Numbered from the stretch's first letter, positions 23,346 to 35,045 are shown. The stretch is 64,000 bases of DNA from an uncultured Candidatus Rokubacteria bacterium (GCA_963747235.1 CAVVEU010000024.1:544001-608000); one strand, 5' to 3'. The notes: generated by a model from the sequence alone, not told the origin. Numbers and translations: made by a program.

Positions 23346-24271
23346 GCGACCTGCTCGTCCAGGACGCGGGCCCGCTCACCACCATCCAGGACCTGGGCCG
23401 GCCCGGCCATCTGCGCGTGGGCATCCCGGCCTCGGGGCCGATGGACCGCGAGGCCTTCCTCCTCGCCAACCGCCTGATCGCCAATCCGGACACCGCGGCC
23501 GGGCTCGAGTGCACGCTGATCGGCCCGCGCGTGGAGTTCACCGACGAGCGGCTGATCGCGATCACCGGCGCCGACATGGCGCCCACCGTGAACGGCGCGC
23601 CGGTGCCCGCCTGGCAGGGGCTGCGCGTGCACGCGGGCGACGTGCTCAAGCTGGGCCCCGCGCGCAGCGGGGTGCGCGCCTACCTGGCGATCGCGGGCGG
23701 CATCCAGACGCCGCCGGTGCTCGGCTCGCGCGCGACCTACGTGCGCGGCCGGCTGGGCGGCCTCGAGGGCCGCGCGCTGCGCAAGGCCGACCGGCTGCCG
23801 CTGGGCCCGGCGGGGGCGGCCCGGCCGCACCGCCTGCATCCCGACCGCGTGCCCACGTACGGGGGCGAGCCCGAGCTGGCGGTGGTGCTGGGCCCGCAGG
23901 ACGATCGCTTCACGCCGACGGGCATCGCGGCCCTCTTCGAGGCCCCCTACGAGATGCTGCCCCAGAACGACCGCATGGGCGCGCGGCTCAAGGGGGCCGT
24001 CATCGAGCACACCCGCGGCCACGACATCATCTCCGACGGCGTGGCGCTGGGCGGCATCCAGGTCATCGGCGACGGCCAGCCCATCGTGCTGCTGGCCGAC
24101 CGGCAATCCACCGGGGGATACACCAAGATCGGCACCATCTGCTCCTTCCACATCGGCCGGATCGCCCAGGTGAAGCCGGGCGGGCGGCTCCACTTCCGCC
24201 GCGTGACAGTGGCCGAGGCTCATGCGATGCTGCGGCAGAGCCTGCGGTCGCTGGACACCGCTATCGAATAG
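23342..24271 (+). CDS. pxpC: 5-oxoprolinase subunit C (KipA-like)
   Basis: TTIQDLGR, SGPMD, LGSRATY, DRMGARL, DRQSTGGYTKI. Confidence 0.88.
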   Translation: MSDLLVQDAGPLTTIQDLGRPGHLRVGIPASGPMDREAFLLANRLIANPDTAAGLECTLIGPRVEFTDERLIAITGADMAPTVNGAPVPAWQGLRVHAGDVLKLGPARSGVRAYLAIAGGIQTPPVLGSRATYVRGRLGGLEGRALRKADRLPLGPAGAARPHRLHPDRVPTYGGEPELAVVLGPQDDRFTPTGIAALFEAPYEMLPQNDRMGARLKGAVIEHTRGHDIISDGVALGGIQVIGDGQPIVLLADRQSTGGYTKIGTICSFHIGRIAQVKPGGRLHFRRVTVAEAHAMLRQSLRSLDTAIE

Positions 24272-24295
24272 CCACCGGATCCAGGGAGGAACGCC

Positions 24296-25615
24296 ATGTC
24301 TCTCGAGCGCGCCGTCACCGACTACCAGGCCAAGACCCCCCGCTCCCGCCAGCTCTTCGAGGAGGCGCTGCGGGTGATGCCGGGCGGCAATAGCCGGACG
24401 ACCACCTTCTTCGACCCGTACCCGTTCTACATCACCCGCGGCGAGGGCGCGCGGATCTGGGACGCCGACGGGATCGAGCGGCTCGACTTCAACGGCAACT
24501 ACACGAGCCTGATCCTGGGCCACGCCAACCCGCAGGTGGTGAAGGCGATCCAGGACGCGGCGGTGAACGGCATGTCGTTCCCGGGCCCGAGCGAGCACGA
24601 GATCCGGCTCGCCGAGATCCTCACCACGCGCATTCCGGGCATGGAGGTGGTGCGCTTCGCCAACTCCGGCACCGAGGCCACCATGCACGCGGTGCGGGTG
24701 GCCCGCGCGTTCACCGGCCGCGCCAAGATCGCCAAGTTCGAGGGCGCCTACCACGGCACCCACGACTGGGTGCTGGTGAGCGTGGCGCCGGATCCGGCCA
24801 CCGCCGGCTCGCGCAAGCGGCCGAAGTCGGTGGCGTGGTCCTCGGGCGTGCCGCCCATGGTGCTCAAGCACGTGGTGACGCTGCCGTGGAACGACGCGGA
24901 CGCCTGCGAGAAGATCCTCGAGAAGCAGGGAGGTGACATCGCGGCGCTGATCATCGATCCCTTGCTGGCCAACGCGGGCATGATCCCGGTGCGCGAGGGG
25001 TTCCTCGAGAAGCTGCGCGAGGTCACCCAGCGCCTCGGCATCCTGCTGATCTTCGACGAGGTCATCTCGTTCCGGATCGGCCGCGGCGGCGCCCAGGAGC
25101 GCTTCAACATCCGGCCGGACCTGACCACGCTCGGCAAGATCATCGGCGGCGGCCTCGCGGTGGGCGCCTTCGGCGGGCGCGCGGACGTGATGAACTTCTA
25201 CGACCCGCGCGACGGCAAGGGCCGCATCAACCACGGCGGCACCTTCAACGCCAACCCGCTCACGATGGCGGGCGGCATCGCCACCATGGAGCAGCTCACG
25301 CCGGACGCGTATGCGCGCCTCGAGGCGCTCGGCGATCGGCTGCGCGACGGGGTGCGGCGCCTCCTGCGCAAGAAGGGCTACGCGGGCCAGATCACCGGCA
25401 CCGGCTCGCTCTTCTGGCTGCATCACACCAAGAAGAAGCTGAGCGACTACCGCTCGGCCCGCCCGGAGGATCCGAAGACGCCCGCGCGGACGTTCCTGGG
25501 CCTGGTCAACGAGGGCGTGCTCCTCTCCCAGCGCGGGCTCGGCGCCTGCTCCCTGGCCATGACCGACGCCGACGTGGACCGCTTCGTGGAGACGCTGGGC
25601 CGGGTTCTCGAGTAG
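24296..25615 (+). CDS. Class III aminotransferase (GSA aminomutase-like paralogue)
   Basis: SGTEAT, FEGAYHG, FDEVIS, LGKIIGGG, HGGTFNANP. Confidence 0.85.
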   Translation: MSLERAVTDYQAKTPRSRQLFEEALRVMPGGNSRTTTFFDPYPFYITRGEGARIWDADGIERLDFNGNYTSLILGHANPQVVKAIQDAAVNGMSFPGPSEHEIRLAEILTTRIPGMEVVRFANSGTEATMHAVRVARAFTGRAKIAKFEGAYHGTHDWVLVSVAPDPATAGSRKRPKSVAWSSGVPPMVLKHVVTLPWNDADACEKILEKQGGDIAALIIDPLLANAGMIPVREGFLEKLREVTQRLGILLIFDEVISFRIGRGGAQERFNIRPDLTTLGKIIGGGLAVGAFGGRADVMNFYDPRDGKGRINHGGTFNANPLTMAGGIATMEQLTPDAYARLEALGDRLRDGVRRLLRKKGYAGQITGTGSLFWLHHTKKKLSDYRSARPEDPKTPARTFLGLVNEGVLLSQRGLGACSLAMTDADVDRFVETLGRVLE

Positions 25616-25619
25616 GGCC

Positions 25620-26447
25620 ATGAGCCGCCGTCGCCCCTCTTTCGAATGCGCTCGCCTCGCCTTCGGCTGCGGCTCGCAAGGCCATCGACCTCAACTGCGA
25701 CATGGGCGAGTCGTACGGGCGCTGGACGCTCGGCGCCGACGAGGCCATCATGCCGTTCATCAGCTCCGCCAACGTGGCCTGCGGCTTCCACGGCGGCGAC
25801 CCGCACATCATGCGCAAGACGGTGGAGCTGGCGCTGGCGCACCGGCGTCGCCCTCGGCGCCCACCCCTCGCTGCCCGATCTCATGGGCTTCGGCCGGCGC
25901 AAGATGGACGTGAGCCAGCGCGAGCTGCAGGATTACCTCTGCTACCAGACCGGCGCGCTGCGCGAGATCGCGCGCGCGGCGGGGTCCCGAGCTGCAGCAC
26001 ATGAAGCCCCACGGCATCCTCTACAGCATGATGGAGGCCGACGAGGCGCTCGCCACCGCGGCCGGACAGTCCGCGATGGACTCGGACCTGATCCTGATGA
26101 CGCTCGCCTCCGGGCGCTACGACGCCACGTGCCGCAAGATGGGCGCGCGGGTGGCCTCGGAGGGCTTCGCGGACCGCGCCTACAACGTGGACGGCACGCT
26201 CGTCTCCCGCAAGATCGCGGGCTCGCTCATCACCGACCCGGTGAAGGCCGCCGCGCAGGCCGTGGAGATGGCGATGCGCGGGAAGGTCCGCACCATGGAC
26301 GGCGTGGAGATCGACATCTCGGTGCAGACCATCTGCTGCCACGGCGATACCCCGGGCGCCGAGCGCATCGTGCGCACGGTGCGCGAGGCGCTGGAGAAGG
26401 CCGGCTGCCAGGTCAAGCCGCTGCGCGACTGGCTGCCCGCCCACTGA
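25620..26447 (+). CDS. pxpA: 5-oxoprolinase subunit A (LamB/YcsF), several frameshifts
   Basis: [51 protein letters not shown]. Confidence 0.88.
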
Positions 26448-26881
26448 TGACCGGGCGCGCCGCCGGCCTCGTCCTGGTCGCCGCCCTCCTGGCGCCGGGC
26501 TGCTCGGTGGCCCGGCTGCCCGAGACGGCGGCGGCCCGCGAGCAGACCGCGACCCAGCACCGCCTCGACGTGGCCGACTGCAAGGCCGAGGTGGGCTACC
26601 GCCACAACTACAACGGCGACGACTCCCCGCTGGCCAATGCCCTCCGCAACGTCTTCGTCCTCGGCACGAGCGGCGCCGCGCTCGGCGGCTTCCTGACCGG
26701 GCTGCCCACGACCGTCGCGTCGTCGACGGCCAGCGAGGGCCTGATCGCGGGCGCCGGCGCGGGGGGTATCGCGGGCGGCGCGATCAGCGTGACCGGCCGC
26801 TCCCGCTTCGAGCGCGAGTGGATCGCCTGCATGGAGAGCCGCGGCTACCGGATCGTTGCGGCCCCGGCGGCCATCCATTAA
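26447..26881 (+). CDS. Hypothetical lipoprotein with glycine-zipper segment
   Basis: Lipobox-like APGC, DxxxC...GAALGG/GAGAGGIAGG...CMESRGY; ATG overlaps pxpA stop. Confidence 0.7.
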   Translation: MTGRAAGLVLVAALLAPGCSVARLPETAAAREQTATQHRLDVADCKAEVGYRHNYNGDDSPLANALRNVFVLGTSGAALGGFLTGLPTTVASSTASEGLIAGAGAGGIAGGAISVTGRSRFEREWIACMESRGYRIVAAPAAIH

Positions 26882-26917
26882 GATGAGGGCGCCCCGGGCA
26901 TCCACCCAGGCATCCAG

Positions 26918-28039
<1,122 letters not shown>

Positions 28040-28052
28040 GAGAGAGACGTCG

Positions 28053-28448
28053 ATGGCGAACGTTCCCGCTGAGCTCAAGTACACCCGCGAGCACGAATGG
28101 GCCAAGGTGGAGGGCGACCGCGCCCGCATCGGCATCACCGCCTTCGCCCAGGAGCAGCTCGGCGACGTGGTCTTCGTCGAGTTGCCCAAGGTGGGCGCGA
28201 AGGTCACCGCCATGAAGACGTTCGGGGTGGTCGAGTCGGTGAAGGCGGTCTCCGATCTCTTCGCGCCGGTCTCGGGCGAGGTGGTGGAGGTCAACGCGGA
28301 GCTGCCGAAGCAGCCCGAGCTCGTGAACACCGACCCCTACGGGAAAGGCTGGATGCTCGTCATCCGGATGGCGAATCCGAAAGACGTGGACGGCCTGATG
28401 AGCGCCGGGGACTACGAGAAGCTCATCGCCGACGGCGGCGGGCACTAG
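28053..28448 (+). CDS. gcvH: Glycine cleavage system H protein
   Basis: HEW, GITAFAQEQLGD, lipoyl-Lys in VESVKAVSD, NTDPYGKGW. Confidence 0.97.
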   Translation: MANVPAELKYTREHEWAKVEGDRARIGITAFAQEQLGDVVFVELPKVGAKVTAMKTFGVVESVKAVSDLFAPVSGEVVEVNAELPKQPELVNTDPYGKGWMLVIRMANPKDVDGLMSAGDYEKLIADGGGH

Positions 28449-28449
28449 C

Positions 28450-29793
28450 ATGCGCTACATCTCCAACACGGCGGCCCAGCAGAAGGAGATGCTGGGCGTC
28501 ATCGGCGCCGCCTCGATCGAGGACCTGCTGGTCCGCATCCCGACCAAGGCGCGGCTGTCGCGGCCGCTGAACCTGCCGCGCGCCATGGCCGAGACCGACC
28601 TGATCCGGCATCTCCAGCGCATGGCCGCGCTCAACGCGGGCGCGGACGACCATGCCTGCTTCCTCGGGGCGGGCTCCTACGACCACGCGATCCCGAGCCC
28701 CATCAACCACCTGATCTCCCGCGGCGAGTTCTTCACCGCCTACACCCCGTACCAGCCGGAAGCCAGCCAGGGCACGCTGCGCTCGATCTTCGAGTACCAG
28801 ACCATGATGGCGGAGCTGACCGGCATGGACGTGGCCAACGCCTCGATCTACGACGGCGCCTCCTCGCTGGCCGAGGCCACGCTGATGGCCCACTCGGTGA
28901 CCGGGCGCGACACCCTGCTGATCTCGCGCGGGGTGAACCCGCTCTACCGCCAGGTGGTCGAGACCTACGTGGAAGGCCCCGGGCTCAAGATCAAGTCGGT
29001 CGCGCTCGGCGACGGGGTCACCGACCTGGACGCGCTGCGGAAGGCGGTATCCAAGCACAGCGCGGCGGTGGTGATCCAGTACCCGAACTTCTTCGGCTCG
29101 CTCGAGGACGTCCGGGCGATCGCGGACATCGCCCACGAGGCGGGCGCGCTCCTGGTCGTGGTCGCGGATCCGGTGAATCTCGGCCTGCTGACTCCCCCGG
29201 GCGCCTGCGGCGCCGATATCGTGGTGGGCGAGGGGCAGGGGCTCGGGGTGCCGATGAGCTTCGGCGGCCCCAACCTCGGGGTCTTCGCGGCCAAGCAGGA
29301 GCTGGTGCGGCGGATGCCCGGCCGCCTGGTCGGCGCCACCGTGGACGTGGACGGCCAGCGCGGCTTCGTGCTGACGCTGCAGACGCGCGAGCAGCACATC
29401 CGCCGCGAGAAGGCGACGTCGAACATCTGCACCAACGTGGCGCTGTGCGCGCTGATGGCCACGATCTACGTGTCGATCCTGGGCAAGCGCGGGCTGCGCA
29501 AGGTCGGCGAGCTCTCGACCGCCAAGGCCCACTACGCGGCGCGTGAGCTCACGAAGATCCCGGGGGTTCGGCTGCGCTTCACCGCGCCCTTCTTCAAGGA
29601 GTTCACGCTCCAGCTCCCGAAGTCGCCGGAGCGGGTGATCAAGCGCCTCATGAAGGACCGGCTGCTCGCCGGCGTGCCGCTCAAGGGGTTCGACCGCGCC
29701 TACAAGGACTGCCTGCTCGTCGCGGTGACCGAGAAGCGCACCAAGGACGAGATCGACGCCTACGCGGCCGCGCTGGCCGCGGCGGTGGCGTGA
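28450..29793 (+). CDS. gcvPA: Glycine dehydrogenase subunit 1
   Basis: [37 protein letters not shown]. Confidence 0.97.
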   Translation: MRYISNTAAQQKEMLGVIGAASIEDLLVRIPTKARLSRPLNLPRAMAETDLIRHLQRMAALNAGADDHACFLGAGSYDHAIPSPINHLISRGEFFTAYTPYQPEASQGTLRSIFEYQTMMAELTGMDVANASIYDGASSLAEATLMAHSVTGRDTLLISRGVNPLYRQVVETYVEGPGLKIKSVALGDGVTDLDALRKAVSKHSAAVVIQYPNFFGSLEDVRAIADIAHEAGALLVVVADPVNLGLLTPPGACGADIVVGEGQGLGVPMSFGGPNLGVFAAKQELVRRMPGRLVGATVDVDGQRGFVLTLQTREQHIRREKATSNICTNVALCALMATIYVSILGKRGLRKVGELSTAKAHYAARELTKIPGVRLRFTAPFFKEFTLQLPKSPERVIKRLMKDRLLAGVPLKGFDRAYKDCLLVAVTEKRTKDEIDAYAAALAAAVA

Positions 29794-29800
29794 GGCCGCC

Positions 29801-31273
29801 ATGCCCGCCGCCAAGCCCGCCTACGACAAGCTGATCTTCGAGCTCTCCGCGCCCGGCCGCTTCGCCTACTCGCTGCCCGAGAGCGACGTGCCGGACAGCG
29901 ATCCGGCCGCGCTCCTGCCGAAGGAGCACCTGCGCGCGTCCGCCGCCGAGCTGCCGGAGGTCTCCGAAGTGGACGTGGTCCGCCACTACTCGCGCCTGTC
30001 GCAGATGAACTACGGCGTGGACACCCACTTCTATCCGCTCGGCTCGTGCACGATGAAGTACAACCCGAAGATCAACGAGGACATGGCGCGGCTGGGCGGC
30101 TTCGCGCGCCTGCACCCGCTGGCCCCGGAGGCGGCGAGCCAGGGCGCGCTCCAGCTCATGTGGGAGCTCGGGCGGGACCTGGCCGAGATCTCCGGGATGG
30201 ATGAGGTCTCGCTCCAGCCCGCGGCGGGCGCCCAGGGCGAGCTGGCGGGCGTGCTGATGATCCGCGCCTACCACCTGGCGCGGGGCGAGCGGCGCCACAA
30301 GGTGCTGATCCCCGACTCGGCGCACGGGACCAATCCCGCGTCCACCGCGCTGGCCGGCTTCGCGGTGGTCGAGCTCAAGTCCGAGGCCAACGGGGACGTG
30401 GATCTCGTGGACCTCGAGCGGCATCTCGACGAGGACGTGGCCGCGTTCATGATCACCCAGCCCAACACGCTGGGGCTCTTCGAGTCGAAGATCCACCAGA
30501 TCACCGAGATGTGCCACGCCAAGGGCGTGCAGGTCTACATGGACGGCGCCAACTTCAACGCCATCCTCGGCATCACGCGCCCCGGCGACCTGGGCTTCGA
30601 CGTCTGCCACTTCAACCTGCACAAGACCTTCACCACGCCGCACGGCGGCGGGGGCCCCGGCTCGGGGCCGGTGGGCATCAAGGCGCATCTGGCCCCGTTC
30701 CTGCCCACGCCGGTGGTGGTCAAGCGGGACGCCGGCGCCTTCGGGCTCGACTGGAACCGCCCGCAGTCCATCGGCAAGCTGCAGGCCTTCTGGGGCAACT
30801 TCGGCATGCTGGTGCGCGCCTACACCTACATCCGCACGATGGGACCGGACGGCCTGCGCTCGGTCTCGGAGAACGCGGTGCTCAACGCCAACTACATCCT
30901 CAAGCGCCTCGAGGGCGACTACGACCGCTCGGCGCCCGGCCCGTGCATGCACGAGTGCGTGCTCTCCGCCCGGCGCCAGAAGAAGCTCGGGGTGTCCGCG
31001 ATGGACATCGCCAAGCGGCTGCTGGACCTGGGCTTCTACGCCCCGTCGACGTACTTCCCGATGATCGTCGAGGAGGCGCTGATGATCGAGCCCACCGAGA
31101 CCGAGTCGAAGGAGACGCTCGACCAGTTCTGCGACGCCATGATCCAGATCGCGCGGGAGACCGAGACGAACCCGCATCTGATCCACGAGGCGCCGGTCAC
31201 GACGCCGGTGCGCCGCTTGGACCAGACGCTGGCCGCCCGCCAGCCCGTGCTGAGGTGGCGTCCGTCCAAATAA
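29801..31273 (+). CDS. gcvPB: Glycine dehydrogenase subunit 2
   Basis: [45 protein letters not shown]. Confidence 0.97.
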   Translation: MPAAKPAYDKLIFELSAPGRFAYSLPESDVPDSDPAALLPKEHLRASAAELPEVSEVDVVRHYSRLSQMNYGVDTHFYPLGSCTMKYNPKINEDMARLGGFARLHPLAPEAASQGALQLMWELGRDLAEISGMDEVSLQPAAGAQGELAGVLMIRAYHLARGERRHKVLIPDSAHGTNPASTALAGFAVVELKSEANGDVDLVDLERHLDEDVAAFMITQPNTLGLFESKIHQITEMCHAKGVQVYMDGANFNAILGITRPGDLGFDVCHFNLHKTFTTPHGGGGPGSGPVGIKAHLAPFLPTPVVVKRDAGAFGLDWNRPQSIGKLQAFWGNFGMLVRAYTYIRTMGPDGLRSVSENAVLNANYILKRLEGDYDRSAPGPCMHECVLSARRQKKLGVSAMDIAKRLLDLGFYAPSTYFPMIVEEALMIEPTETESKETLDQFCDAMIQIARETETNPHLIHEAPVTTPVRRLDQTLAARQPVLRWRPSK

Positions 31274-31307
31274 CCCTCTCCCCCTGGGGAGAGGGCAGGG
31301 TGAGGGG
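31274..31307. repeat. REP/BoxC-like palindromic repeat, copy 1
   Basis: CCCTCTCCCC-CT-GGGGAGAGGG-CAGGGTGAGGGG directly after gcvPB stop. Confidence 0.8.
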
Positions 31308-31321
31308 TGACAAGTCGAGGG

Positions 31322-32260
31322 GTGACGACTCCGTTCCGCCTGCTGGTCACCGAGCCCCTCGACGGCGCGCTCAACATGGCGCTGGACGAGGCCCTCCTGC
31401 TGGGCCGGCTCGCGGGCACCGCGCCCCCCACGCTCCGCTTCTTCTCCTGGCAGCCCGCCACCATCTCCCTCGGCTACGGGCAGGCCCTCGACCATCGCAT
31501 CGCCATGGAGGCGGCGTCCGCGCTCGGCCTCGGGCTCGTGCGCCGGCCCACCGGCGGCAGCGCGATTCTCCACGAGGGGCCCGAGCTCGAGCTGACCTAC
31601 AGCGTGGCGGCGCGCGCGGGGGATTTCGAGGGCGCGGGGGACCTGCTCGAGACGTATCGCTGGATCGGCGCGGCCCTCGCCGCCGGGATCAATCGCCTGG
31701 GCGCGCCGGTCGAGATGGTGCCGGTGCAGCCCTCCGATCCCACCGCGATGCCCACCTTCTGCTTCGCGCGGACGGGCTCGTACGAGCTGGAAGTCGCCGG
31801 CCTCAAGGTGGTGGGCAGCGCCCAGCGGCGGCAGGGCGCGGGCTTCCTGCAGCACGGGGCGGTGATGCTGGGCGCCGCGCCGGACCGCCTGCGGCGCGTG
31901 TTCCCGGCGGAGCGCGATCCGCTGGCCGGCATGACCACGCTCGAGGCCGTGCTGGGCCGGCGGCCTTCATTCGAGGAGACCATGACCGCGCTGGCCGAGG
32001 GCTTCCGCGCGGTGCACGGGCTCGAGCTGGCTGCCGGCGGGCTGGCGGCGGAGGAGATGGAGCTGGCCGAGTCGCTGGTGCGCGAGAAGTACGGGACCGA
32101 CCGCTGGACGCGATCCGGCCGCGCGATGACCGTGACCACCCCTCACCCTGCAGCCCCTCACCCTGCCCTCTCCCCGGAGGGGAGAGGGTCCGATGACGTT
32201 CGCGCGCGAGTACCCGGATGCGCCGCGTGTGGGCGTGGGGGCGGTGATCCTGGACGGTGA
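31322..32260 (+). CDS. Lipoate-protein ligase/octanoyltransferase family (LipM/LplA-like); 3' end uncertain
   Basis: NMALDEALL, PTLRFF, RRPTGGSAILH, KVVGSAQ, LQHGAV; follows gcv genes. Confidence 0.88.
   Translation: MTTPFRLLVTEPLDGALNMALDEALLLGRLAGTAPPTLRFFSWQPATISLGYGQALDHRIAMEAASALGLGLVRRPTGGSAILHEGPELELTYSVAARAGDFEGAGDLLETYRWIGAALAAGINRLGAPVEMVPVQPSDPTAMPTFCFARTGSYELEVAGLKVVGSAQRRQGAGFLQHGAVMLGAAPDRLRRVFPAERDPLAGMTTLEAVLGRRPSFEETMTALAEGFRAVHGLELAAGGLAAEEMELAESLVREKYGTDRWTRSGRAMTVTTPHPAAPHPALSPEGRGSDDVRARVPGCAACGRGGGDPGR
32139..32188. repeat. REP/BoxC-like palindromic repeat, copy 2 (inverted relative to copy 1, with partial duplication)
   Basis: CCCCTCACCCTGC-AG-CCCCTCACCCTG-CCCTCTCCCC-GGA-GGGGAGAGGG. 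Confidence 0.8.
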
Positions 32261-32666
32261 CCGCGTGCTCCTGGTCAAGCGCGGGCAGCCGCCGTCCCAG
32301 GGCAAGTGGAGCATTCCCGGCGGCCTCGTGCACCTGGGCGAGCGCATCGAGGACGCGGCGCGCCGCGAGGTGCTGGAGGAATGCGGGGTGAGCGTGCGCC
32401 TGCTCGGGCTCTGCGGGGTGATCGACCGGGTGCGGCTCGCCCCCGAGAACGGATCGGAGCCGCCCCGCGTGCACTATCACTACGTGATCATCGACTACGT
32501 CGCGGCGGTCGAGTCCGGGGTCCCGCGCGCGGGCAGCGACGCCGCCGAGGTGCGCTGGGTGCCGATCGCCGATCTCGGCCGCTACGACACCACCGACGGG
32601 CTCGCGGACATGGTCCACCGCGCCGTGAGCCTCTGCCCGCCACAGACCCTGTCCCACGGAGGATGA
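32193..32666 (+). CDS. NUDIX hydrolase
   Basis: Nudix box GGLVHLGERIEDAARREVLEECG; GSDA motif. Confidence 0.9.
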   Translation: MTFAREYPDAPRVGVGAVILDGDRVLLVKRGQPPSQGKWSIPGGLVHLGERIEDAARREVLEECGVSVRLLGLCGVIDRVRLAPENGSEPPRVHYHYVIIDYVAAVESGVPRAGSDAAEVRWVPIADLGRYDTTDGLADMVHRAVSLCPPQTLSHGG

Positions 32667-34177
32667 CCGCAATGGAGCTGGCGCTGGAGACCCGGAGCCC
32701 ATCGGAAGCGCGCGCGGACGTGCTGGTGCTGGGGCAGTACGGCGACGGCGCGCGGCCCGCGCCCGAGATCGTCGCGCTGGACCGGGCGCTCGGCGGCCTG
32801 CTCTCGCGCGTGCAGAAGAGCGAGAAGTTCGAGGGCAAGCCGGGGCAGATCTCCTACTTCCACACCGCGGGCGTGATCCCCGCCGAGCGGGTCCTCGTGG
32901 TGGGGCTGGGCCCGGTCAAGCGGGGCGCGCGGGCGCGCGACGCCGAGCCCATCCGCCGCGCCACCGCCGCGGCGGTGCGGCGCGCGCGCGACCTGGGCGC
33001 CGCTTCGATCGCCGTGTTCATGCCCGCCGCCGCGCTGCCCGCGCGCGAGCGGGCGCAGGCGGTCGCGGAGGGCGCGCTGCTCGGCACCTATCGCTTCGAC
33101 AAGTACCTGAAGGAGAAGAACGGCAAGGTGGTCCGCGCGCTCACCGTGCTCGAGCCCGACCGGCGCAGCGCGGCCGCCGCGCGCGACGGGGTGCGCCTCG
33201 GCCGCATCGCGGCGGAGGCCACCTGCCTGGCGCGCGACCTGGTCAACGAGCCGGCCAACGTGGTGACGCCCACCTTCCTGGCGCGGCGCGCGGCCGAGAT
33301 CGCCGAGGAGGGCGGGCTCGCCCTGCGCGTCCTGGACCGGGCCGAGTGCGCCACGATGGGCATGGGCGCCTACGTGGGCGTGGCGCAGGGCAGCGAGGAG
33401 GCGCCCAAGTTCATCCACCTGACCTACACCCCGAAGGGCCGGGCGCGCCGCCGCGTGGTGGTGATCGGCAAGGGCATCACCTTCGACTCGGGCGGGCTCG
33501 ATCTCAAGACCGCCGACGGCATGCTGCGGATGAAGGACGACATGGCGGGCGCCGCGTCGGTGCTGGGCATCTTCCAGGCCCTGCCGCGGCTCAAGCCCCC
33601 GGTCGAGGTGCATGGGCTGATCGCGGCCACCGAGAACATGCCCTCCGGCACCGCGCAGCGCCCGGGCGACATCGTGCGGGCGATGAACGGGCTCACCATC
33701 GAGATCGGCAATACCGACGCGGAGGGCCGGCTCACCCTGGCCGACGCCCTCGCCTACGCGGTCGAGCACATCAAGCCGGACGAGATGATCGACATGGCGA
33801 CCTTGACCGGCGCGGTGGTCATCGCGCTGGGCCAGGGCGTGTCCGGGATGATGGCCAGCGACGACGGCCTCGCCTCGCGGGTCCTGGCCGCCGCCGACGG
33901 GGCGGGGGAGCGGATGTGGCGGCTGCCGCTCCACGACGAGTACAAGGACGGGCTCAAGAGCGACGTGGCCGACCTCAACAACATCTCGAGCCAGCGCGGA
34001 GCCGGGGCCATCGTGGCCGGCCTCTTCATGCGCGAGTTCACCGCGGGCGTGCCGTGGGCGCATCTCGACATCGCGGGCACCGCCTTCACCGAGCGGGAGC
34101 TGCCGCTCGGGCCCAAGGGCGCCACCGGCGTGGGCGTGCGGACGCTGCTCACCTATCTCGCGAACGGATCGCGCTAG
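32663..34177 (+). CDS. pepA: Leucyl aminopeptidase (M17)
   Basis: GKGITFDSGG, MKDDMAG, NTDAEGRL, ATLTGA, HLDIAG. Confidence 0.95.
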   Translation: MTAMELALETRSPSEARADVLVLGQYGDGARPAPEIVALDRALGGLLSRVQKSEKFEGKPGQISYFHTAGVIPAERVLVVGLGPVKRGARARDAEPIRRATAAAVRRARDLGAASIAVFMPAAALPARERAQAVAEGALLGTYRFDKYLKEKNGKVVRALTVLEPDRRSAAAARDGVRLGRIAAEATCLARDLVNEPANVVTPTFLARRAAEIAEEGGLALRVLDRAECATMGMGAYVGVAQGSEEAPKFIHLTYTPKGRARRRVVVIGKGITFDSGGLDLKTADGMLRMKDDMAGAASVLGIFQALPRLKPPVEVHGLIAATENMPSGTAQRPGDIVRAMNGLTIEIGNTDAEGRLTLADALAYAVEHIKPDEMIDMATLTGAVVIALGQGVSGMMASDDGLASRVLAAADGAGERMWRLPLHDEYKDGLKSDVADLNNISSQRGAGAIVAGLFMREFTAGVPWAHLDIAGTAFTERELPLGPKGATGVGVRTLLTYLANGSR

Positions 34178-34192
34178 GCGCCGCGGGACCCG

Positions 34193-35038
34193 ATGGCGGG
34201 CGGCGTCGACCTCCACACGCACACGATCGCCTCCGACGGCACGCTCCGGCCGCGCGAGCTGGTGGCCGAGGCGGCCCGGCGCGGGGTGCGCGTGCTCGCG
34301 ATCACCGATCACGACTCCACCGAGGGCCTCGCCGAGGCGATCGAGGAGGCGCGGCTCCACCCGCCGCTCGTCATCGTGCCCGGCATCGAGATCAACTGCG
34401 ACGTCGAGGGCGCCGAGATCCACATCCTGGGCTACTGCATGGACTACGAAGCGGCGTGGTTCCAGGACTTCTGCCGCGCCCAGCGCGAAGAGCGCCGGGC
34501 GCGCGTGCACCGGATGGCCGAGCGGCTCGCCGAGCTCGGCATGCCGATCGACCCCGAGCGCGTGTTCGCCCTGGTGCAGGAGGGCTCGGCGGGGCGCCCG
34601 CACGTGGCCCGCGTGATGGTCGAGCGCGGCTACGTCAAGACGGTGCGCGAGGCTTTCGACAAGTACCTGGCCGCGGGCAAGCCCGCGCACGTCCAGCGCA
34701 AGAAGCTCACGCCCGAGGACGCGGTGCGGCTGCTGCGCCGGGCCGGCGGCGTGCCCGTGTTCGCCCACCCGGGGTTGTCGGATCGGGACGCGTTGATCCC
34801 GTCCCTGGTCGCGGCCGGGCTCATGGGCATCGAGTGCTTCTACAGCGAGCACACCCCCGCCCAGCGCGGCAGCTATGTCGAGCTCTGCCGCCGGCACGGC
34901 CTGCTCGCGACCGGCGGCTCCGATTTCCACGGCCCGCCGGTGCGCGCCGCGGTCCTGGGCAACCCGACCGTGCCCCTGGCGGTCTGGGAGGCCCTGCAGG
35001 TGAAGGCGGCGGAGGCGCGGGCGAGCCGCCCCGCCTGA
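34193..35038 (+). CDS. PHP-domain phosphoesterase (YciV/TrpH-like)
   Basis: DLHTHTIASDG, ITDHD, HILGY, GRPHVA, AHP, GGSDFHG. Confidence 0.9.
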   Translation: MAGGVDLHTHTIASDGTLRPRELVAEAARRGVRVLAITDHDSTEGLAEAIEEARLHPPLVIVPGIEINCDVEGAEIHILGYCMDYEAAWFQDFCRAQREERRARVHRMAERLAELGMPIDPERVFALVQEGSAGRPHVARVMVERGYVKTVREAFDKYLAAGKPAHVQRKKLTPEDAVRLLRRAGGVPVFAHPGLSDRDALIPSLVAAGLMGIECFYSEHTPAQRGSYVELCRRHGLLATGGSDFHGPPVRAAVLGNPTVPLAVWEALQVKAAEARASRPA

Positions 35039-35045
35039 CCCCGGC

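Noticed and set aside
24296-25615. Naming the aminotransferase hemL
   Set aside because: N-terminal motif is PGGNSRTT rather than PGGVNSPVR, and the context is catabolic
31274-32188. Repeats as CRISPR array or IS terminal repeats
   Set aside because: Only two copies, no spacers, cas genes or transposase, and the enclosed gene fits the gcv operon
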